A stretch of DNA of 64,000 nt from a virus (taxonomy: Duplodnaviria > Caudoviricetes), in the IMG/VR virus record IMGVR_UViG_3300031993_000015, one strand, 5' to 3'. Positions 46,177-53,278 of the stretch are shown in pieces (position 1 is the stretch's first letter; every line of letters starts with the position of its first letter). A model generated the notes under the pieces. The model searched no databases, had not been told where the DNA came from, and was given only the letters and a program-made list of their open reading frames with translations. The translations under genes and the position numbers were made by a program.

Positions 46177-46871
46177 AAGACTATGATGCGACACTCATGG
46201 AAGCGCTGCGTGTTAGCACTGTCAACAACGACATCTGTACGATGTCTATTATGGACAATGAGAAGCACATCCAGAAGCTCGTCACTATCCTGGATAAGCT
46301 GGACAGCTTTGTCAAAGCTCCATGCGTACTGGACGCGATCTATGCCGAGATGCGTGGTCGGCGTTATCAAATCGAACTCAACATGCGTGCTATGCGCGAC
46401 CAGCTGGCGGATAGCTACGAGAATGGCGCTATGACGGATGAGAGCTATGCCGCCTGGACCAAGTGGCTGGACATCGTGCAGCGTGATTATCTTCATGTGG
46501 ATCGTGCGAAGTGCAGGTTCAAGAATGGTGACAGATGTCTGGTGGCAGACGCGACCGGCGTGGTCAAGGCAACGATTGTCGGGCTCCCGGATGAGTTCGA
46601 TGAGACAACGTATTTCGTGAAATACGACAGCAATCACGCCAAGAGCAACAATGTCATCGTCATCGAGGAGCGCATAGAAGACAGCCAGCTGTTCCGTGAA
46701 ACAGAAACGGATGAAGCACTCAATAAGGCACAAGAACTGAACGCAGTGGAGTTGCACATCAGTGAATGCGCCGAAAGGGCAGCACAGAACAATCGCTTCT
46801 TCTACCAGGGGCGACAGCGTGCGCTGCAGAAGCAGCAGGAAACACTCAACAAATTGGAGAAACAACAATGA
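46173..46871 (+). CDS. helical domain plus SH3/KOW-like barrel family protein (GTG start)
   Basis: AAGGAGGTG RBS; FKNGDRCLVA...KATIVG...LFRETE. Confidence 0.72.
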   Translation: MKDYDATLMEALRVSTVNNDICTMSIMDNEKHIQKLVTILDKLDSFVKAPCVLDAIYAEMRGRRYQIELNMRAMRDQLADSYENGAMTDESYAAWTKWLDIVQRDYLHVDRAKCRFKNGDRCLVADATGVVKATIVGLPDEFDETTYFVKYDSNHAKSNNVIVIEERIEDSQLFRETETDEALNKAQELNAVELHISECAERAAQNNRFFYQGRQRALQKQQETLNKLEKQQ

Positions 46872-47227
46872 ACGGAACTGACAAATACGTCGTTTTCCCG
46901 CCTGAAAACAATTCCATGCCGTTCCAGTGCGGTGAGAAGGTCTGGTTCGCCAGCCTTGTGTACGAGAGACCTATCCTGGTCGAGATCGTGGACATTGGTG
47001 TGGACACTGATACGCCTGGTAATGCCTACCTGGTCTTCAAACTGAACGACACACAGGGCACCTTCGTGGACCAGGACGTCACGGAGGATTGGCTGTTCCG
47101 GTCGAAGGACATGGCCTGGGGTATGCTCATCCAGCACGAGCAGAAGAAGGTCGATGCGCTGCGCGACGAGATCATGAAGATCGAGTGCAAGATCGCCGAC
47201 TTCCGCAACCAGCAGGCGGAGATCTGA
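46868..47227 (+). CDS. SH3/KOW-like barrel family protein
   Basis: FQCGEKVWFA...LFRSKDMAW plus coiled coil. Confidence 0.75.
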   Translation: MNGTDKYVVFPPENNSMPFQCGEKVWFASLVYERPILVEIVDIGVDTDTPGNAYLVFKLNDTQGTFVDQDVTEDWLFRSKDMAWGMLIQHEQKKVDALRDEIMKIECKIADFRNQQAEI

Positions 47228-47228
47228 C

Positions 47229-47576
47229 ATGGGCAACACGCCAAAACAGAACCATCTGTATCTTGCATTTGCGCTTCGTAGATTAGCCAGGGAACTCGAT
47301 GCACTTCATGTCGAGTTCCTTGTGTCGCCTATCAGCGGTATCAGTATCAATCATCAGACGTCCTGGAATCCTGTCAGCATTCATGAGTTTGATGAATCTG
47401 AGGAAGATGGTAGCGTCTGGCACCATATAGATGGTGATCAGTTGAGAACTGCAGCCGCTGTGATACAGCAGAAGGCAGAATTTATGGGACCTGACATGCA
47501 GGAGCCTATCAACCCGCTTGACCAGGATGTTGACGACGATCTTGGTCGTTTCAGTCAGGAGGACAAAAATGAGTAA
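47229..47576 (+). CDS. hypothetical protein
   Basis: GGAG RBS. Confidence 0.7.
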   Translation: MGNTPKQNHLYLAFALRRLARELDALHVEFLVSPISGISINHQTSWNPVSIHEFDESEEDGSVWHHIDGDQLRTAAAVIQQKAEFMGPDMQEPINPLDQDVDDDLGRFSQEDKNE

Positions 47577-47919
47577 GTTGAAACTCAAACCAGGCGATGT
47601 CGTCTGGGTAGTCGAGTCGAGTACACGCATCCGGCGTGCTACTGTTATCAAGCCCAGGAATGGCGAGCGCATGTATGGGTTCGACTACCTGTTCCAGTTT
47701 GATGACAGCACGAACCCTGAACTGTACTCGGACGACGCCACCAATGTCTACAAGAGTCCGGCGAGGGCCTGGAACTCTCTGATCCGTAACGCGGATGCCA
47801 GAGTGCGCAAAGCGCGTTACGCATGGGAGGATGCTCGTGCTTTCCGGTATAGGCTGCAGTGCGCCAAGAAGGATGCGCTGGAAGCAGAAAGGAGACGCGT
47901 CCATGAGCACCAGGCGTAA
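47569..47919 (+). CDS. SH3/KOW-like barrel family protein
   Basis: AGGAGG RBS; LKPGDVVWVV...VYKSPARAW. Confidence 0.75.
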   Translation: MSKLKLKPGDVVWVVESSTRIRRATVIKPRNGERMYGFDYLFQFDDSTNPELYSDDATNVYKSPARAWNSLIRNADARVRKARYAWEDARAFRYRLQCAKKDALEAERRRVHEHQA

Positions 47920-48271
47920 ACCCCTGCAGGTCGGTCAGCACCTCTACAAGACGGCATACTGGAAGGTTGTCCACATCGAAGTGGTCGCTTATCACAGTAC
48001 CTGGCGTGGGCGTTACTACGATGTCAAGTATGATAACGGCTATGTCTCAACCTGGACCAAGATCGACAGGGAAGTCTGGTTGGACAATCCGGTGGCTGCC
48101 TGGAAGAAGCTGGTCGAGGATAATGAACGGTCGATCAGATGGTACAAGGAGTGCATCCGTGATATCCGGAAAGACATGCCCAAGTACAGGCGGGCGCTGG
48201 CTCGTGCCGAACGCCTGCAGGCCGCCGGCAAGGTCATGCACGACATCAAGGAAAGGAAGCCCAAGAAATGA
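47903..48271 (+). CDS. SH3/KOW-like barrel family protein
   Basis: AAGGAG RBS; LQVGQHLY...YDVKY...LDNPVAAW. Confidence 0.72.
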   Translation: MSTRRKPLQVGQHLYKTAYWKVVHIEVVAYHSTWRGRYYDVKYDNGYVSTWTKIDREVWLDNPVAAWKKLVEDNERSIRWYKECIRDIRKDMPKYRRALARAERLQAAGKVMHDIKERKPKK

Positions 48272-48474
48272 CACTTGATGACCTGCTGGGAAACCCAGCC
48301 TACGTCGGGTTATCCGAGAAGGAGAAGCTGGTTCACACCATCAACCGGCTGATCGACAAAATCATGCACGGCAAGTATGTCGGGCGCAACATGGACCACG
48401 AACGTGCGCTTCTGGACGAGGCGCACGAACGGGTCCGCAAATTGGAGAACAACAATGAAACTCAAACCAGGTGA
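48268..48474 (+). CDS. small hypothetical protein
   Basis: ATGA overlap; AAGGA RBS. Confidence 0.68.
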   Translation: MTLDDLLGNPAYVGLSEKEKLVHTINRLIDKIMHGKYVGRNMDHERALLDEAHERVRKLENNNETQTR

Positions 48475-49063
48475 CGAGCGGTGGCTCGTTGTCGAGTACT
48501 TCGACGGAGACGGTAACGTTTATCCTGTGAAGATCACATCGGACGCCTGTGATGCGGATGGTAACAAATACGGCATACAGTCTTTGCGCAGTGATGTCAG
48601 TCTGCGCGACACGGCGGCCGAGAGCGATCTCTACATCTCGGAGCTGGAAGCATACCAGAGTCTTGTGGCTCGCATGGAGAACAATGCTGAGACATTCATG
48701 GAACACCGTCGCAGGCTGCTGCGCAATCATATACCGGCTGCACGCAAGAGGCTCGAACAGCTGATGTCCGAAAAGGTAGGACAAATGCCGAAGTTCCCAC
48801 GAATCGGAGACACTGTATATCTCATACGTTGGAACATGTGCAGGTCTGCCGAAGTCATCAGCTTGTTCTATCAGGATGGCAAGTTACGTTGCAAACTTCG
48901 TGTCACTTACGGCTATGGAAGCACGGATTTCGAAGATGCCGAAACTGTGTATCCGACTAAGCGTCAGTGCATTAACACTCTGATACGGAAGCTCCGTAAG
49001 ACAAACAAGGACTACATCGACAACCTCAAGAAACAACTGGAGGAAGACAAAAATGGCAAATGA
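48455..49063 (+). CDS. SH3/KOW-like barrel family protein, two fused domains
   Basis: LKPGDERWLV...LYISELEAY and PRIGDTVYLI...VYPTKRQC. Confidence 0.72.
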   Translation: MKLKPGDERWLVVEYFDGDGNVYPVKITSDACDADGNKYGIQSLRSDVSLRDTAAESDLYISELEAYQSLVARMENNAETFMEHRRRLLRNHIPAARKRLEQLMSEKVGQMPKFPRIGDTVYLIRWNMCRSAEVISLFYQDGKLRCKLRVTYGYGSTDFEDAETVYPTKRQCINTLIRKLRKTNKDYIDNLKKQLEEDKNGK

Positions 49064-49433
49064 AGCCAATGCCTATGGGAACCGTGAGGAGCACTGGGAC
49101 GGCTACAAGATTGGCGACCATGCCTGGTTCGTTCCTGACTGCACCGGTACGGTTGCGTTCGGCGTCGTGACCGAAGTGCGCCTGCAGCTGGCGCCCGGCG
49201 GTCATTGTGTTGTGCCGTATCAGTATGAGTTTACTTTCGATGATCCCGAAGTAGGCGAGCGTACGTGCAATGTGGAGGCCGGTCATGTCTTCGACACAGA
49301 GGTGGAAGCCGTTCGTTGCGCGGAAGCCCTGTGCTTCGACGAAGAACGTGACTACGCCAAGTTGACACATGATCTGCACGAGACACGTGTTGAACTGTCA
49401 ATCCGCAGGGAAGAACTGGAGGAAGCGAAATGA
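49053..49433 (+). CDS. SH3/KOW-like barrel family protein
   Basis: GGAGG RBS; YKIGDHAWFV...VFDTEVEA. Confidence 0.75.
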   Translation: MANEANAYGNREEHWDGYKIGDHAWFVPDCTGTVAFGVVTEVRLQLAPGGHCVVPYQYEFTFDDPEVGERTCNVEAGHVFDTEVEAVRCAEALCFDEERDYAKLTHDLHETRVELSIRREELEEAK

Positions 49434-49711
49434 GTGTCGTTATTCTTAGCGACGGTCGCTTGTTCGACGATCACAAGCAGTTGATGATTTCTTGTCCGAA
49501 GGCACCAAACTCCTACTGCTGTGTGGATTGTGCTTTGTGTGCGCTGGATACAGACAAACCGGAAGACAACAGGCTTGTGTTTCTGTGCGGTTGTCGTCCA
49601 GGGTTCAGGCTTTTGTCAGAGCCTTACAAACCGCCTGTCGATCTGCAGCGTGAGCAGGGTATCATCCAGGATGACCAGAAAGGAGCTGACAATGAAGTTC
49701 CAGAAGGGTGA
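49430..49711 (+). CDS. small Cys-rich protein
   Basis: GGAGG RBS; CP...YCCVDCALC...LCGC. Confidence 0.7.
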   Translation: MSVVILSDGRLFDDHKQLMISCPKAPNSYCCVDCALCALDTDKPEDNRLVFLCGCRPGFRLLSEPYKPPVDLQREQGIIQDDQKGADNEVPEG

Positions 49712-49994
49712 CATCGTCTATCTCGTTGACATCGAGACACTGGAAGAGAATCCGAGTCTCGATTCAGACACGTATCCTGTGATCTGGCGCGGTAAGGTCA
49801 CGGACATTGACGAGAACGGAAACATGCACGTCGATCTGGAGCCCAACGGGTTGTCTCCTGCAGTCGGTGTCGAAGGTACGAACATAGAGGATCTCTTCTA
49901 CAGAACACCGGAGGAGGCTGTGTGCGAGTTCTTGTCGGACATGCGCCAAAAGCTCGAAGAACAAATCAAGGAACTGAGAGGAGGCTCCAAATGA
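49692..49994 (+). CDS. SH3/KOW-like barrel family protein
   Basis: AAGGAG RBS; FQKGDIVYLV...WRGKVTDID...FYRTPEEA. Confidence 0.78.
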   Translation: MKFQKGDIVYLVDIETLEENPSLDSDTYPVIWRGKVTDIDENGNMHVDLEPNGLSPAVGVEGTNIEDLFYRTPEEAVCEFLSDMRQKLEEQIKELRGGSK

Positions 49995-50410
49995 GCAACT
50001 ATCTCGAACCTGGCCAGAAAGTCTGGTTCTGGTATCTGCGCTATAACAAGAACGACGTGCTTGAGATCACTGTGATGCATGGCACGGTTCTGCAGTCAAT
50101 CGAAAGCGTGTGGGGCAAGGATGCCTATGCTATCATTCCGGACGGTGCAGAGGACACAAGCCCGTGCAATGTAAATATCCTGCGTTCCCATATTGCTGAG
50201 ACCAAGCAGGGCGTCTACGAGAGCCTTGTACACGGCCTTGATGATTTGATCTGGGACCTGGAGAAGAACATGGATAGCAAGGTCGATGACCTGCGGGACC
50301 AGATCCGGAAGGTCAGCGCAAAGCTCAAGCAGGCAACTGCAGCCTATGCACACAATCGAGATCTGCTGGAAGGTCTCAGAAAGGAACAAAATGGCAACCA
50401 GGACAAGTAA
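49991..50410 (+). CDS. SH3/KOW-like barrel family protein
   Basis: GGAGG RBS; LEPGQKVWFW...HGTV...IAETKQG plus coiled coil. Confidence 0.75.
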   Translation: MSNYLEPGQKVWFWYLRYNKNDVLEITVMHGTVLQSIESVWGKDAYAIIPDGAEDTSPCNVNILRSHIAETKQGVYESLVHGLDDLIWDLEKNMDSKVDDLRDQIRKVSAKLKQATAAYAHNRDLLEGLRKEQNGNQDK

Positions 50411-50792
50411 GCCGAAGGAATCGGTTCCACGCTGGTACAATCTGATGAAGATTCATGAGAGACTGGCATCGTCTGAGAAACCAAAGATCAAGAAGGGCGA
50501 TACCGTTTACTGGATCAACACGGAGTGCGGCGACTGGTGGAACAAGCACTATGAGACCAATCCTGTACTGTTTCGCGGCACTGTCAAGACGAAACACAGG
50601 GACGGCATGGTGCTCGTTGTCTGGGAACCCAATGAGTGGACAGACGACGAGAACTGCAGCGAAATTCCAATGTCCCCAACGGATCTGTACAAGGATCCTA
50701 TGAAGTGCATCCAGGACTGGCTTCAGGAGAACCGTAAGGAGCTTGAAACACAGCTGCAGATCATACAGGAGGCAGTCGATGAAAACGGTTAA
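50391..50792 (+). CDS. SH3/KOW-like barrel family protein
   Basis: IKKGDTVYWI...FRGTV...LYKDPMKC; close paralog of 49692. Confidence 0.75.
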   Translation: MATRTSKPKESVPRWYNLMKIHERLASSEKPKIKKGDTVYWINTECGDWWNKHYETNPVLFRGTVKTKHRDGMVLVVWEPNEWTDDENCSEIPMSPTDLYKDPMKCIQDWLQENRKELETQLQIIQEAVDENG

Positions 50793-51999
50793 AGGTGCTT
50801 ATGGCGAGGCACTTATCTACACAGATCTGGTAGACGACAAGAGCATTGACCAGGTCAAGCTCCTGATGGACCAGCCGTTCGTCAAGGGTCAGCAGGTTCG
50901 TATGATGCCGGATATTCACGCGGGTGTCGGCTGTACGATAGGAACCACCATGACCGTAAACGACAAGATCTGTCCAAACCTCGTCGGCGTCGATATCGGG
51001 TGCGGGATGCTGGCCGCGAACATCGGCAAGGTCGATGTTGATTTCGATAAGTTCGACAAAGCGGTTCGCGCCCTGATTCCCAGCGGTATGAATATCCGCA
51101 GTTGGGTGTCACCGGACATGTTCAAGTACATGGAGATGCTGCGCATCGACACATCGCTCTGGTGCAGTGACAGCATTGATGTGGATCGCGCCGAGCTGTC
51201 CATGGGAACACTTGGAGGTGGCAACCACTTCATCGAGCTCAACCGTGCGCAGAGCAACGATGCTGTATGGCTGGTCATACATACCGGCTCCCGGCACCTG
51301 GGTCTGGAAGTGGCGAATTACTATCAGAAGCTCGCCATAAAGGAACTCAAGGGATGTAAGTGGTCCAGTTCGGCAATCATCGAAGAACTGAAGCGCCAGG
51401 GCAGGCAGCGCGAGATACAGGCGACTCTGCAGAAGATGAAAGCGGAGGCGTGCAATATCCCAGATGCGCTGTGCTACCTGGAGCACGAGTCTTTCCAGCA
51501 CTATATGCATGATATCGAGATTGTGCAGAACTATGCAGAGTTCAATCGCGATTGCATCATGTACACACTGTGCGCCGCAATGGGTTGGAAGCCGCGCTTC
51601 TCGTTCCATACCAAGCACAATTACGTGAGTATGCGCAGACGCATTCTGCGCAAAGGAGCCGTGTCCGCTGAGCGGGGTGATATGCTTGTCATTCCTATGA
51701 ACATGCGAGATGGCAGCCTGTTGTGCCAAGGAAAGAGCAACCCGGACTGGAACTACTCGGCGCCGCATGGCGCAGGTCGCATCATGTCCCGTGCCCAGGC
51801 CAGGAACAACATCGACTTGGGGGACTACGCACGGACGATGGAGGATGCAGGCATCTGGACTTCTTCGGTCAATCTTGGCACACTCGATGAAGCGCCCCAG
51901 GCTTACAAGCCCATGGAGAGCATCGTCGAGAATATCCAGGATACTGTGAAGGTTCTGGATATCCTGAAACCGATCTACAACTTCAAAGCATCGGAGTGA
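50779..51999 (+). CDS. rtcB: RtcB-family 3'-phosphate/5'-OH RNA ligase
   Basis: MPDIHAGVGCTIG, VGVDIGCGM, GTLGGGNHFIE, IHTGSR, HNY, RKGA, SAPHGAGR, DEAPQAYK; AGGAGG RBS. Confidence 0.95.
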   Translation: MKTVKGAYGEALIYTDLVDDKSIDQVKLLMDQPFVKGQQVRMMPDIHAGVGCTIGTTMTVNDKICPNLVGVDIGCGMLAANIGKVDVDFDKFDKAVRALIPSGMNIRSWVSPDMFKYMEMLRIDTSLWCSDSIDVDRAELSMGTLGGGNHFIELNRAQSNDAVWLVIHTGSRHLGLEVANYYQKLAIKELKGCKWSSSAIIEELKRQGRQREIQATLQKMKAEACNIPDALCYLEHESFQHYMHDIEIVQNYAEFNRDCIMYTLCAAMGWKPRFSFHTKHNYVSMRRRILRKGAVSAERGDMLVIPMNMRDGSLLCQGKSNPDWNYSAPHGAGRIMSRAQARNNIDLGDYARTMEDAGIWTSSVNLGTLDEAPQAYKPMESIVENIQDTVKVLDILKPIYNFKASE

Positions 52000-52006
52000 T
52001 GCATGG

Positions 52007-52040
52007 GAGCTCCTGGCCGTAAGGCCGGGGGCTTCTTTTT
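52007..52040 (+). terminator. intrinsic terminator between convergent genes
   Basis: GGAGCTCCTGGCC-GTAA-GGCCGGGGGCTTC plus TTTTT. Confidence 0.8.
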
Positions 52041-52320
52041 ACACTTTAGGTGGACCGAACTGGATCAGGCGCTCGATGTCTTTCTTATCGTAGAACCTGT
52101 TGGCGTGGCTGATCTTGATTTCCCGGATCCATCCCTTGTTCACATACCGGCGCAGCGTCGGCCGGCTGCATCCCAGCATCCGAAGTGCCGCAAGGGGTCT
52201 CACTGTCTCGCATTCTCTGATATCGAAAACGACATCCAGGATCGCCTTGGATTCTGCCTTGGTCACTGTCTTGTCCCATGCGAGAACCCTGCAGATGACC
52301 CATTTGGTGATATTCTTCAT
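52039..52320 (-). CDS. excisionase/MerR-like helix-turn-helix DNA-binding protein
   Basis: AAGGAGGTG RBS; AALRMLGCSRPTLRRYVNKGWI...RFYDKKDIERLI. Confidence 0.8.
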   Translation of the reverse strand: MKNITKWVICRVLAWDKTVTKAESKAILDVVFDIRECETVRPLAALRMLGCSRPTLRRYVNKGWIREIKISHANRFYDKKDIERLIQFGPPKV

Positions 52321-52528
52321 AGAGCACCTCCTTATAGTAAGGAAGAGCGGTCACACAATGGCGCAAGGCTCCGGGGAAGTTCCCATAGCTCTCACCCGGC
52401 AGCGGAAAACCATGCCTCTCCCACCAGTGATGTGCGTCTGCAGGGCCGGTCACTGGTCTTCCCAAGAATCCGGATTCTCCAAACGGATTCAGCCCCAGGC
52501 CTGGATGCCTCCAACTGGGGCTCTTTTG

Positions 52529-52600
52529 TTATTCCTCGTAGAACAAGCGGATCAGTTCCTGATAGAACTCGACGGTACCCTGTACGTATGTCTCAATCAT
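52529..52600 (-). CDS. 23-aa peptide (MIETYVQGTVEFYQELIRLFYEE)
   Basis: Perfect AAGGAGG RBS; lies upstream of a hairpin-rich interval and the HTH gene. Confidence 0.45.
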   Translation of the reverse strand: MIETYVQGTVEFYQELIRLFYEE

Positions 52601-52663
52601 AGGAGCCTCCTTGGTATCTGATGTACTGTAAGCAAGAAACACCATAACAAAGAGGACATTCCC

Positions 52664-53242
52664 ATGAAACATACCGACTTCTTCAACATGATAGTCCAGG
52701 AAAGCGGCGTCATCAAGACAGACGACGAAGGCAACAGCGTTTGCACATCCTGTCACGGCACAGGCAAGCACTACGAAGCATCTGTCCAGCATCATAAGAA
52801 TTGCGCCTTCATGAAGGCTGTCAATCAGCTCACGAAACTGATGCCCGACAAAAATGAACTTCAAGTTGAAAATTCGATCACGGTCGGCATGATGCTCCCG
52901 TATCTGTCCGAGATGTGCCCGGAAGAGATCGAGAAAGCCAAGGATCTGGCCGACTGCATGCAGGCCGCCGAGAACCCGGCGCAGCGTGCCCATGTCGCCG
53001 ATTTGGTCACGTCCTGGTGCCGGTCTGTGAAGCAGGGAATCCTGGCGGCTGTCATCCAGAGTGGATTACCGGACAGCAAGGCGCTTCTGACGTTCCGCAA
53101 CTATCTGATCTTCGAGAAGAGCAACACCAACGAGTCTCTGCGGATCGCCCTGGCGCTGTTGTCGCTGAACAAAAACATCGAGGCGCTCCTGCCGACGTTT
53201 TATAAGCTGCTGACAGGCAAGTACCCGAATTACAAGCGCTGA
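52664..53242 (+). CDS. hypothetical protein with CxxC...H..C motif
   Basis: GAGGA RBS; VCTSCHG...HHKNC. Confidence 0.75.
   Translation: MKHTDFFNMIVQESGVIKTDDEGNSVCTSCHGTGKHYEASVQHHKNCAFMKAVNQLTKLMPDKNELQVENSITVGMMLPYLSEMCPEEIEKAKDLADCMQAAENPAQRAHVADLVTSWCRSVKQGILAAVIQSGLPDSKALLTFRNYLIFEKSNTNESLRIALALLSLNKNIEALLPTFYKLLTGKYPNYKR
52851..52873. repeat. 23-bp pseudo-palindrome copy 5 (intragenic)
   Basis: AAAATGAACTTCAAGTTGAAAAT; an AT-rich island inside a CDS. Confidence 0.75.
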
Positions 53243-53278
53243 CGCTGGTCCTTCTATAAGATTATATAGGAGACAGTC

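Noticed and set aside
52039-52320. Excisionase marking a prophage boundary
   Set aside because: No integrase, att site or host genes nearby; both flanks are phage-like.
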